Source: Ignavibacteriota bacterium
GTDB lineage: Bacteria > Bacteroidota > Ignavibacteria > Palsa-1295
Assembly: GCA_963787835.1 (NCBI GenBank)
Contig: CAWBEI010000002.1
Location: forward strand, 160,001-224,000
Reading direction: 5' to 3'
Length of the DNA stretch: 64,000 nt
A program made the position numbers and the translations under genes. Shown here one piece after another: positions 1 through 8,783 of this stretch; positions within the stretch are counted from its first letter, which is position 1; the number at the start of each line of letters is the position of its first letter. The notes below the pieces were generated by a model. The model worked only from the letters and a program-made list of their open reading frames with translations. It had not been told where the DNA came from and searched no databases.

Positions 1-152
1 TGTATGGCATCGACGGTGCCATTTTCTTGGCTAACCGAGACATCGGTAACAGCGACTATTGCGCCTTCCTGTGCCAAAAGAATGGCCGTTGCACGGCCAA
101 TGCCCAACGCTCCACCGGTTACGATCGCTACTTTATTCTTTACTCTGTTCAT
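1..152 (-). CDS. SDR family oxidoreductase, N-terminal part (runs off the window edge)
   Basis: Manual translation of the minus strand from ATG at 152: MNRVKNKVAIVTGGALGIGRATAILLAQEGAIVAVTD, containing the TGxxxGIG Rossmann motif. Not in the supplied ORF track. Confidence 0.9.
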   Translation of the reverse strand, partial: MNRVKNKVAIVTGGALGIGRATAILLAQEGAIVAVTDVSVSQENGTVDAI

Positions 153-189
153 TATATTATTTATAAAAAGTACTTCTATGACTACGCAG

Positions 190-258
190 CAAAAATACGG
201 TGGCAACCTTCAAAAAACGTTGCAAAATTTTGGAAAAGAGTTACATAATTCACACATT
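190..258 (-). promoter_or_regulatory. Promoter of the SDR gene: TAnnTTTG -7 element plus tandem GTT(A/G)CA(A/T)AAT box (site 1)
   Basis: CAAAAATA at 190-197 (reverse complement TATTTTTG); GTTGCAAAAT at 219 and GTTACATAAT at 240 (21-bp period), then TCACACATT. Confidence 0.75.
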
Positions 259-301
259 CTCATCTAAAGCCTTGAAATGGGTATGATGCCTTCCTTTTCA
301 T

Positions 302-514
302 CTACCAATTTGTCCGCCGCCGAACAGATTTTCGGACTTCCTCCTCACCCTGCTCTGAAAAAGTTCTTCGCAGAGCAAATCTCGTCTTCATCTGATGTTC
401 AAGTAATGAGTGGATATCCTCATTCGAGATCGGATTCTCGTCCTTTTCGTGAGCGGTATTACCATCCTGTGCCGGCGGTTGGTTTTCTTCAGTTTTTGAT
501 GGTTCGTTGTTCAT
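302..514 (-). CDS. Small charged hypothetical protein (70 aa)
   Basis: ATG-started ORF downstream of motif site 2 on the same strand; no recognisable domain. Confidence 0.5.
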   Translation of the reverse strand: MNNEPSKTEENQPPAQDGNTAHEKDENPISNEDIHSLLEHQMKTRFALRRTFSEQGEEEVRKSVRRRTNW

Positions 515-633
515 TGCGTTCAGGTTGATTGAAGAACACGCGTTATCGTATGTTCAAAAAGATTGAAGATTGCGCTCGCGTGGGTTATTGAAGCAATGTT
601 AAACCCGTTGAAACAATCACGATTACTACAAAA

Positions 634-702
634 CAAAATTACGGCAATGGCCTTCAAAAGAGGTTACAAAATTTTAGAAAAAAGTTACAAAATTCACACA
701 TT
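634..702 (-). promoter_or_regulatory. Promoter with TAnnTTTG element plus tandem GTTACAAAAT box (site 2)
   Basis: CAAAATTA at 634-641; GTTACAAAAT at 663 and 684; TCACACATT follows. Confidence 0.75.
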
Positions 703-805
703 TGCTTTTCTGACAGCACTGGCTGTAACGAAGTGGAAATCCTTACTGTTGGAACCATCCTAATCATTAGATAAAAAAATTCTTAATACCTAATCCCAAT
801 CTTTT

Positions 806-1903
806 ATGCTGACGGAAATAGCGGTAGCGGATCCAGTGGCAGACCTCATCGTGTTGCAACCGCAGCAGCGACATTATCTCATTCCTATTGCTATTGCGAG
901 CGTGGTGGTCATCGGAGTGCTGCTTCATTTTGTCAGCAATATCTTTTTGTCCATTATTACCGCGCTGTTCCTGGCAAATATCTTTATGCCGCTCGTCAGC
1001 GGGCTTCGCACACGGAAGGTGCCGATGATAATCTCAATTTTATTGGTGCTGGCGCTGGTTGGCGGCTTGTTCTTTGGAATTGCAAAAATTATCGGCGTGA
1101 CGGTTGAATCCATCATTCTCGTGATGCCGAAATACGAAGCAAAGTGGGAAAATGTATTATTGCCCCAAATCGCGGGGATCCTTGGGAACATCTCCGATGG
1201 CATGAGGAAGCAAGCGATGGATTTTAATCTGACATCCCTTGTACCATCTAACGAGATGGGTTCAGCGCTTTCTTCCGCCACGAATCTTGTGAGCGGCTTT
1301 GCTATTATTCTTCTAGCGATGCTTTTTATTTTAGCAGCGAATGGCCAGTTTAAGAAAAAGATCGGAATAGCATTTCCGAAATCAGGTTCGTTACAACTCA
1401 CGCAGATCATACAAAACATTGAACGAAGCGTTCGGCGCTATTTAGTTACAACACTGATCCTGAACACTTTAGCCGCAGTCACAATGACCGTTGTTCTGCT
1501 TCTTTTTGGTGTCGATCTTGCGTTCCTGTGGGGCATCCTGACTTTTTTACTGATGTTCATACCCACCTTTGGCGGATTATTTGCTATTGTACTGCCCGTC
1601 TTAGCAGCATTCCTGCAATTCGACACCGTAAGCACTCCGATTCTTCTTGCCATCACGGTGATCGTGACTCAACTTATGATCGGCAGCGTTCTTACTCCGC
1701 GCGTAATGGGTTCGACGCTCAATATTAGTCCCTTGCTTATTATTGTATCGATCATTTTCTGGGGATGGGTATGGGGACTGCTTGGGATGATCCTTGCCGT
1801 GCCGATCACCTCGACCATCGCCATCGTCTTTCAAAACATTCCCGCTCTTACGCCAATCGCGGTGCTGATGAGCACCGATCCGGGAAAAGTCCGTTGGTAT
1901 TAA
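806..1903 (+). CDS. AI-2E (PerM/TqsA) family transporter
   Basis: 365 aa, multi-TM; family-typical motifs FIPTFGG and PRVMGSTLNISP...WGWVWGLLGMILAVP. Confidence 0.9.
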   Translation: MLTEIAVADPVADLIVLQPQQRHYLIPIAIASVVVIGVLLHFVSNIFLSIITALFLANIFMPLVSGLRTRKVPMIISILLVLALVGGLFFGIAKIIGVTVESIILVMPKYEAKWENVLLPQIAGILGNISDGMRKQAMDFNLTSLVPSNEMGSALSSATNLVSGFAIILLAMLFILAANGQFKKKIGIAFPKSGSLQLTQIIQNIERSVRRYLVTTLILNTLAAVTMTVVLLLFGVDLAFLWGILTFLLMFIPTFGGLFAIVLPVLAAFLQFDTVSTPILLAITVIVTQLMIGSVLTPRVMGSTLNISPLLIIVSIIFWGWVWGLLGMILAVPITSTIAIVFQNIPALTPIAVLMSTDPGKVRWY

Positions 1904-3549
1904 AAACCAACAACCTTACCGATGGATTTACGGAGTGCTAACCATATGAATTGGAAGAACTCTTCATCTCTCGAATAGATATAGGTGGTTGTTCCTGAGA
2001 TCGCTTTGTTGTTCCCGTTATCGACGTTATTCGTGCGAAGCACAAACGTATTCGCAATAAATGATTGAATGCCTTCGAAAATACCGCTGTGATCTTTGAC
2101 TTTGGTTGTAAGCACATTCATTGAAACATCTTCATAACGCGGTGCGACCGTGGTTATTCCAGTTCCAGCGTGAACATCCATTTGTAATGCTCCGCCTAAA
2201 CATTTTCCTTTCATTATCTCTTTTCGCTCGTTCGTAACGAGATAGGAGTTCAGAGACGTTACATCGAACGGCCCGACGGTTGCATCGATGTGAAGATCGA
2301 ACTGCTTTTGATGTACCGGATACACAACCGTCCCCAATACTTTTCCTTGCCCCATAAAAAATGCACTGACCGCAAAATGCAGGGGCTCGCTATAAAGCGA
2401 ACTTCTAGTATCGGTACAGAATGGATGCTCAATAACTCGGACTTGCGTAAACGTTAACAAGCTTGCGTGGGTACTTCCCGTGACACGTTCCCGGTGATGA
2501 ATCGTCCCCTTGTTGAAAATGATCGAATCGAGCGTGATGGGCGCTTTGATCGAACTAATGACCACATTGGGCAATACTGCATTCGGAGGGTGCGGATTTT
2601 TCGGTTTGCGGAGATCGCCATAGTAGTCCACGAACCATGATTCTGCCTCCAGTGACCGGACATGAAGCCCACCGCCCGCGAGCAGCTTCGTGAAATTGAT
2701 GCCGCGAATATGTAATCCGGTACATTGGAAATCCAGCCTTCCCTGGGCATATTGATGCAGATCGGCAAAGGCTTGTTCGCTATAATTGGGCTTGTACTCG
2801 AAACTATCGATCGTTACAAGCGAATCCGATAAACTACCGTGGATACCTCGAACTTCGATAGAATATGTGCTATCGCCGATAGAATAGCTCCCGGTAGGGA
2901 GTTCAAATCCTGCATTCTTAGAGAACAGTGCCGATTCGCCAGCGTTGCGACTTGGATCGAGAGAAAAATCGGTTAGCCGGATCGTAATGTTTCGATAAGA
3001 TGGCACCATGTCATTTCCGGATGTCTTCGGCAGGAACACACTAATATCACGTAAGACAATACTATCGAACGAGATAACGGGCACATCCGAAAGCGCAAAT
3101 TTCTTCGCTGCAACGAATTTTGGAATGCGTGGTAGCGTGATCCCCGTATCAATATCGGTCATGTATAGCTTTGGTGCGTTCAGCTCCAGGGTGCTCAAGT
3201 TCAAATCTTTTTGCCAGAGCACGTCCCACCAATCGATGCCTTCGAACCTCGCGCTATCGAGCGTGATCCGTTCGAGCACCACGCCATGCTCACCGCTATC
3301 GTAGGCGATGCGGTAAAGAATGAAGGTATTGCACTCCAGCGTGCCATGCTTGTAGAAGATCTTATCTAAGGTAAGTGCAAACCTGCCGTGCGTTGATTTC
3401 AGCACAGCTTGTTCTATTTTTGGAATGACGGCTTTATTAAGTGTACTTTCAAAATAGAAGGTGAGAAAAACCCAAATTGCAAGCAACACCACAACAACGA
3501 TCGAGCCGAACGTGTAGAGGATCGGCTTGAGTAGCGATCGTTTTTTCAT
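1900..3549 (-). CDS. AsmA/DUF748-like membrane-anchored beta-rich protein
   Basis: N-terminal TM anchor, repeated beta-strand segments, C-terminal FFQFIWLALRKSI amphipathic motif of the kind seen in Bacteroidota DUF748-like proteins. Confidence 0.6.
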   Translation of the reverse strand: MKKRSLLKPILYTFGSIVVVVLLAIWVFLTFYFESTLNKAVIPKIEQAVLKSTHGRFALTLDKIFYKHGTLECNTFILYRIAYDSGEHGVVLERITLDSARFEGIDWWDVLWQKDLNLSTLELNAPKLYMTDIDTGITLPRIPKFVAAKKFALSDVPVISFDSIVLRDISVFLPKTSGNDMVPSYRNITIRLTDFSLDPSRNAGESALFSKNAGFELPTGSYSIGDSTYSIEVRGIHGSLSDSLVTIDSFEYKPNYSEQAFADLHQYAQGRLDFQCTGLHIRGINFTKLLAGGGLHVRSLEAESWFVDYYGDLRKPKNPHPPNAVLPNVVISSIKAPITLDSIIFNKGTIHHRERVTGSTHASLLTFTQVRVIEHPFCTDTRSSLYSEPLHFAVSAFFMGQGKVLGTVVYPVHQKQFDLHIDATVGPFDVTSLNSYLVTNERKEIMKGKCLGGALQMDVHAGTGITTVAPRYEDVSMNVLTTKVKDHSGIFEGIQSFIANTFVLRTNNVDNGNNKAISGTTTYIYSRDEEFFQFIWLALRKSIGKVVGF

Positions 3550-3597
3550 TTTTGTAACGGTAGGATTATTCAGCGAGTGGCTAATTTACCACCAGTA

Positions 3598-3666
3598 CAA
3601 AGATATGAAATTCAACCGAAAGACACGTTACAAAATTTTAGGAAAAAGTTACAAAATTCACACATT
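3598..3666 (-). promoter_or_regulatory. Promoter with TAnnTTTG element plus tandem GTTACAAAAT box (site 3), overlapping the AraC stop codon
   Basis: CAAAGATA at 3598-3605; GTTACAAAAT at 3627 and 3648; TCACACATT is the reverse complement of the last AraC codons. Confidence 0.75.
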
Positions 3667-4218
3667 CTCAAGTCCACCCATCCTTTTATGCTTGATATTC
3701 TTAAAAAAGGTAGGAGTGAGTCCGGTGATCTTCTTAAATTGATTCGAAAGCGCTGCTACGCTGCTATAATGAAGCCTGTACGATATTTCTGTGAGCGAAA
3801 GCTCGTCGTAAATAAGCAACTCCTTTGCTCGTTCGATCTTATGCTTGATAATGAATTGCTCGATCGTCGTGCCCTCGACTTCTGAAAACATATTGGCAAG
3901 ATAGGTATAGTCGTACTTTAACTTTTCGGTTAGGTGATCGGACCAATTTATTCTCAGTGCTTCGTCGGAATAATGGATGGTTTCGATGATAACCTGCTTG
4001 ATCTTTTCGATCAAAATAGCTTTCTTATCATCCATCAGCTCCAGCCCGGACCGTTTTAAGACACGGGTCAATTCGATGCGTTGCGCCGGAGATATAGGTC
4101 CTGGAATCTCCACTTCTCCAAGATCGACGGTGGTATAAGGAAGGCCGAGGGTTTCTAACTCGGCGATCACCACCATCTTGCACCGGATGCTCACCATGTA
4201 CTTAACGTACAGCTTCAT
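3658..4218 (-). CDS. AraC family transcriptional regulator (Bacteroidota 'YMVSxRC' type)
   Basis: N-terminus MKLYVKYMVSIRCKMVV; C-terminal double HTH (LSLTEISYRLHYSSVAALSNQFKKITGLTP). Confidence 0.92.
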   Translation of the reverse strand: MKLYVKYMVSIRCKMVVIAELETLGLPYTTVDLGEVEIPGPISPAQRIELTRVLKRSGLELMDDKKAILIEKIKQVIIETIHYSDEALRINWSDHLTEKLKYDYTYLANMFSEVEGTTIEQFIIKHKIERAKELLIYDELSLTEISYRLHYSSVAALSNQFKKITGLTPTFFKNIKHKRMGGLENV

Positions 4219-4289
4219 TCCGTTATTTAAATTATTATTTTACCCCAAGCCAAATACGAGTGGTTTGGTTCGCAGAAAGGCTGAGATGC

Positions 4290-4730
4290 TTAATTCTGGA
4301 TCATATAGGCGCTCAACCCCTGGCGCAGCCGGTCGGGTATCCGGCGCGGGCGCAGCGAAGTCCGGCCAACCGTCACCAGAACGCAATGGCCGGTAACCAG
4401 CACTTCGCCCAATTTCCCTTTGACCGAATGTTTACGCGTGATCTCGAAGTGAAGTTCGATCGAACTATTCCCGAGATGGGTCGCCCAAATTTCTGTGGTG
4501 AGCAAATCATCCAGAAACGCAGGCGCTTTGAAATCGCAATGAAATTGAGCGCGAACCGGATAGACGTCTAACTCATCGAATGCGCCGGAATAGGGCAGGC
4601 CCATTTCACGATACAGCTCCGTCTCAGCGATCTCAAAAAAGCGGACATAGCTGCCGAAATAAATTATTCCCGCGTGATCGACATCCGACCAGCGAACTCG
4701 CTCCTCGATCGAAAAATGCTTTCCAGCCAT
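4290..4730 (-). CDS. Acyl-CoA thioesterase, YbgC/4HBT hotdog family
   Basis: RVRWSDVDHAGIIYFGSYVRFFEIA motif. Confidence 0.88.
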   Translation of the reverse strand: MAGKHFSIEERVRWSDVDHAGIIYFGSYVRFFEIAETELYREMGLPYSGAFDELDVYPVRAQFHCDFKAPAFLDDLLTTEIWATHLGNSSIELHFEITRKHSVKGKLGEVLVTGHCVLVTVGRTSLRPRRIPDRLRQGLSAYMIQN

Positions 4731-4785
4731 GTATTCTCGGTTGCTTTAAGTAAAAAGGAATCTTCGGCTAACAAAAAGATGGGAT

Positions 4786-4820
4786 AAAAAAAACCCCGGG
4801 TGGTGAGAGTTACCCGAGGT
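4786..4820 (-). terminator. Intrinsic terminator-like hairpin with U tract (distal of a tandem pair)
   Basis: On the minus strand, stem ACCUCGGGU/ACCCGGGGU followed by a U run. Confidence 0.6.
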
Positions 4821-4844
4821 CTGATTGAGTTGTGTTGTGTCTTC

Positions 4845-4876
4845 AAAAAGCCGGAGGTTGTCCCTAGACCCCGGCT
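4845..4876 (-). terminator. Intrinsic terminator-like hairpin with U tract (proximal of a tandem pair)
   Basis: On the minus strand, AGCCGGGGU...ACCUCCGGCU followed by U residues. Confidence 0.55.
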
Positions 4877-5190
4877 AACTCTTATGCTATGAAGCTTATC
4901 TTCTGCTTTCTAACAAACGTTTACGCCCGATACGGATTCGTGTTACACTTTGGGTTGAATTTCTGCGAAAATCTCCTGTTTTTTCTTTTAGAAGTGTTCA
5001 ATAATGGACTCGTTATGGCATATTTGAGCAATTCCCGGGCCAATTCAGCTTGGACAGACTTTTAACGTTTATCGTCAGTGCAATCACCCTGAATTCTACA
5101 ATATCAGACACGCTTATTAACACGCGAACCTGAAAAGTGTTGCATTAAAAGTCATCTCTTTTGCAATATTATTTGAAATTAATATTCCCA

Positions 5191-5341
5191 GTTGTCTCTT
5201 TTCCAGGACGTGTTGGGAAATCGACAGCCCCCCATTGCTTCGAAGCACACTCTAAAAGAAGTGATTCAGAAAAGAGAGGCTTGCTCGCTCGGAATTCTCT
5301 CACCGATACAGAAGTTGTCGATCCTATTAGAGGATCAAACT
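5191..5341 (+). promoter_or_regulatory. Candidate structured 5' leader (riboswitch-like) of the ferritin-like gene
   Basis: TCTCTTTTC (5195-5203) pairs with GAAAAGAGA (5269-5277); ATCGACAGC (5220-5228) pairs with GTTGTCGAT (5314-5322); the hairpin GATCCT-attag-AGGATC (5320-5336) covers the AGGA SD. Confidence 0.4.
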
Positions 5342-6736
5342 ATGGAACGAAACGGTCATCCAACAGATACGAACGGGACGATGGAAGCACGCTGGTCTAA
5401 TTCACCGGAATTGCGCGGCGTGGGAATCCCTCTGGCAAAATACAATTTCCCGAAAGACCAGCGCCGGTTAGGCGGCGATTTCACCGTGGAGCAGAATGTC
5501 GGCCAACTGCTTCGATTTTTCCTCTTCGAGCGGAATATCCTTCGAGCGATGGCCGGCTGGGGAATGGGCACACCGGAGTTCGAAGTAAAGGTCGAGTTCG
5601 GGCGGCATATCTATTATCATGCAGAAGCAGGAATGAAGATCCGTACCCGGCTTACGGAACTCCGCATGGCTGAAGAAACAACGGATAAGTTTCAGTCCGA
5701 TGAGATCGCCGAGTTATTCAATGAGTTGATCCTTTCCGAAAGCCCGGCACACTTTGTCGCCGCATTATATGGAGTAGTGCTACCACATTTGAAACGGGCG
5801 TATCAGGAACATTCCGCACACACCGATCAGGTTGCGGACGCCCCAACGGTTCGGATCATCCATCAGATCATGCCGGATTACGATGCGATGATAGCATGGG
5901 GTAAAGGTGCGATCGAAGCATATATTCAAGGCGGATACAACGAGGGCGGTCTGCACAAGTGGCAATATCACATCGAGAAGCTGCTACGCTCTTTTGGGGG
6001 AGTCGGCGGTTCTGCCGAACGTGGTAAACGGCCAGACTCACTTCGTTCTGCGGGCAAGCCGCCGTTCGAGCGCTCCTTCATCGCTACCCGCGATCCGCGC
6101 TTCGATACTTTTGAAGATACCTATGATTATCAGGTTGGCGATGATGGCCGGTTAGGCTACGAATCAGAGTTCGACAAGACTCGCCTGAATCTCGTCCGGT
6201 CACAACGCGATGAAATGGACGCCATCGAAACGTTCGCAAATGTACTCTATGAGATCCGCAATGTGCCATTTGGATTCGATTACGATATTGCCCGTATCAT
6301 CTGGGATGAAACGCGCCACACCGAACTTGGCCACAAAGCGATGGAAGCCCTCGGGTATGATCCTTATGATCTCTTAAATCGCCTCATTGGTATCAAAGTA
6401 CGCACAAAGTTACCGGCTGTGTATTCGCTGGCAGAGATCAATCTGTTCGGCGAGGCCAACATTGTGCAGGAATGCCTCCGCTATGCCCGCGAAGCATACG
6501 AAAAGGGTGACGACCTGACGGGACGCCTCTTCGATTTCGTCAATGCCGACGAGCGTACCCACATCAGCAAAGGCGTTCATTGGCTAAAGCATATCTTCAA
6601 GACCGATTCCGTGCAGGAGATCGAACAAAAAACGAAACAGATTGCCATCGACCGCCTGCTCGAACTCGGCATTATTGATCACGAAGTCGCGTTAACCATT
6701 TCGCACCGGGAACTGGCGAAAATCATTGGGGAATAA
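5342..6736 (+). CDS. Tandem ferritin-like domain protein (C-terminal DUF455-type putative di-iron domain)
   Basis: C-terminal DEMDAIE...WDETRH...GEAN...ADERTH metal-ligand pattern; the N-terminal helical domain has a degenerate RHIYYHAE. Start moved to ATG 5342, which has GAGGA upstream. Confidence 0.75.
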   Translation: MERNGHPTDTNGTMEARWSNSPELRGVGIPLAKYNFPKDQRRLGGDFTVEQNVGQLLRFFLFERNILRAMAGWGMGTPEFEVKVEFGRHIYYHAEAGMKIRTRLTELRMAEETTDKFQSDEIAELFNELILSESPAHFVAALYGVVLPHLKRAYQEHSAHTDQVADAPTVRIIHQIMPDYDAMIAWGKGAIEAYIQGGYNEGGLHKWQYHIEKLLRSFGGVGGSAERGKRPDSLRSAGKPPFERSFIATRDPRFDTFEDTYDYQVGDDGRLGYESEFDKTRLNLVRSQRDEMDAIETFANVLYEIRNVPFGFDYDIARIIWDETRHTELGHKAMEALGYDPYDLLNRLIGIKVRTKLPAVYSLAEINLFGEANIVQECLRYAREAYEKGDDLTGRLFDFVNADERTHISKGVHWLKHIFKTDSVQEIEQKTKQIAIDRLLELGIIDHEVALTISHRELAKIIGE

Positions 6737-6751
6737 TTGCTAAGGTTTGTC

Positions 6752-7564
6752 TCATTTCAAAATAGCCTCTAATCCTTTGCAGCCATTTTTCACGGCAAGG
6801 TCATACGGTCGATCACCCGCATCATCTTTCACATTCTTGTTCGCTCCATATTCCACAAGTAGGTGTGCTGCTGAAGTATCGCACTGCTTAGCGGCTTGGT
6901 GTAAGAACGTGTCACCATTCTCATAGTGTATAGACGGATTTGGTGTGGCACCAAACTTTAATAATATCTGAATAATTTGGAGATCGTTAGCGCGACGTGT
7001 GTCACCAGTAGTATCATGTTGTTCGATTTCGATATCCTTCTGCTTTAGTGTATTCATTCTGTGACTCTCGGAAAGAGCGAACCAGAGTGGCGTAATGTTA
7101 TGTGGAGCAATAAAATTTGGATTGGCTCCATTGTTAAGAAGGAAGAAAATCATCTGAATATTTCCTAAAAAGATCGACTGTATTAGAGGTGTTATACCAG
7201 ACGAGTCTGGAAGATCCACACTCAGCCCGTGTTCAATTAGATATTTTGCGGCAATAAATCTATTAATCGATACGCAGTGACCAATTAGCGATCCACCGAG
7301 AGTTGGGCAACGTGATTGAATATCAGCGCCGTGATTTAAAAGAATATTAATCATTAAAGTATCATCCTTATCTACTGCCCACTCTAAAGGACTGCTTCCG
7401 AACTGGTCTCGTTCATTTGGATTTGCACCCTCGTTTAGCAATTTTTCAACAAGCTGATAATTTTGCCTGTTTATTGCACGATCAAGAAGCGGCGGCTCTT
7501 GCGAACGCGAACATACAGTACAGACTATGAGCAAGAAAAAACAAATAATAATTTGACGCATCAT
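6752..7564 (-). CDS. Secreted ankyrin repeat protein
   Basis: Signal peptide; several ankyrin repeats (GSSPLEWAV, GITPLIQSI, GDTFLHQAA, GANPN). Confidence 0.9.
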   Translation of the reverse strand: MMRQIIICFFLLIVCTVCSRSQEPPLLDRAINRQNYQLVEKLLNEGANPNERDQFGSSPLEWAVDKDDTLMINILLNHGADIQSRCPTLGGSLIGHCVSINRFIAAKYLIEHGLSVDLPDSSGITPLIQSIFLGNIQMIFFLLNNGANPNFIAPHNITPLWFALSESHRMNTLKQKDIEIEQHDTTGDTRRANDLQIIQILLKFGATPNPSIHYENGDTFLHQAAKQCDTSAAHLLVEYGANKNVKDDAGDRPYDLAVKNGCKGLEAILK

Positions 7565-7568
7565 TGTA

Positions 7569-8783
7569 TTAAAAATGATACGACCCGCTCACCATGGGGA
7601 TCACCTCGAAGGGCGCATTGAACACATACTGCCCTAATGTTTCCATATTGCTCGCTCCTGCTTTGTAGAGCGAAAAGACCACCGCCGCATCGATCGTGAG
7701 ATCGTTCTGGAAATACCGGACGGAAAAAATGGTTGGAACAATTCCAAAATCCTGAATAAAATAGAGCTCCAGCGCTACCTTCAAGTTCTCGCCCACCCGC
7801 ATATCTCCGGCAAAGCCAAAAAAGGAATTCTTAGGATAATACAAGGCGCCCGATGAATCGATCACGCCGCTTTGATAGGACATCCCCACCAGCAGCGTCA
7901 ATTCGGATTCCCATGTTCCGTAGGTAGCCGCAAGATACGGGAATGCGATGTGCGTTGTGTTCACAACCTTCGAATAAATATCCTGAAATCCAGCGGAAAC
8001 ATTGAGCACATCCGAACCATAGGGAGTGATCTTTATGCCGCCGGTCATCGCCGTCACGGTGGTCGGCAAAAAAGGTGCAAGAACCCCGCCCGCATTCAGG
8101 CTGATCCAATCCGTGACGCCATAATTGGCTTGCAAGCCTGCGACCATATAATCATTCAGGAAGAAATTACCTTCCCCGAAGGAGCGCGCCGTTGGCAAAA
8201 GAAAATCCTGCGAGGATTCGGGATCTTTCGCAACATAATACTTGGAGGTCGCAAAATCCTCGCGCCGGTCATTCTGTCCGGACCAATTATCGACATATTG
8301 CAAGTCCGGGTAGGTAAAGAAGAGATTCCCATAATCAGTTGCGAGGATCACATGCGCGGTATCGTCAAAAATATATCGGTGCCCTTTGAAAATATCGAAA
8401 TCCTTCGTAGCAACGGTGGAAGTATCCGGCATTTTCGGCTTTCGGAGAAAGCGCATCACCTCATTGGTTTGCACATCGGTAATATTTTTTAGCGCAGCAG
8501 ATTTCATATCCCCCTTTTGCACCCAATTATACCGGTAGTCGATCGCATAATTGATGCGGTCGATGGGAATTTCGAGTCGTCCATAGGCGGTTTCGACAAT
8601 AAATCGGTCTGGCAAAGGTCTCGCGAGAACGGTCACATAAAATTCCGAAGAATCGAACATGACGAGCTTCACATAACTATCCGGTGTAAGCTGGTCGGGA
8701 GGCATTTGGGCTATGACCCGATGCGAAAGTAGCAGCAGAATGAATAGTGTGAGCAAAGTCCTCAACAAGCTATTAAATGTCAT
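7569..8783 (-). CDS. Hypothetical exported protein, likely with a C-terminal outer-membrane beta-barrel
   Basis: Signal peptide after MTFNS; alternating beta strands ending GSYHF (terminal Phe). The frame stays open upstream to a GTG at 8948 through a palindromic repeat. Confidence 0.65.
   Translation of the reverse strand: MTFNSLLRTLLTLFILLLLSHRVIAQMPPDQLTPDSYVKLVMFDSSEFYVTVLARPLPDRFIVETAYGRLEIPIDRINYAIDYRYNWVQKGDMKSAALKNITDVQTNEVMRFLRKPKMPDTSTVATKDFDIFKGHRYIFDDTAHVILATDYGNLFFTYPDLQYVDNWSGQNDRREDFATSKYYVAKDPESSQDFLLPTARSFGEGNFFLNDYMVAGLQANYGVTDWISLNAGGVLAPFLPTTVTAMTGGIKITPYGSDVLNVSAGFQDIYSKVVNTTHIAFPYLAATYGTWESELTLLVGMSYQSGVIDSSGALYYPKNSFFGFAGDMRVGENLKVALELYFIQDFGIVPTIFSVRYFQNDLTIDAAVVFSLYKAGASNMETLGQYVFNAPFEVIPMVSGSYHF

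Noticed and set aside
190-3669. GTTACAAAAT repeats as a CRISPR array or iterons
   Set aside because: Only pairs of 10-mers at three dispersed promoters; no spacer array, cas or rep genes.
5192-5341. N-terminal extension from TTG 5192, and a SAM-I riboswitch identity for the same region
   Set aside because: ATG 5342 has a clear SD. The SAM-I core (AUC in P1, GCAACC, kink-turn) is absent, so the region is kept only as an unknown structured leader.
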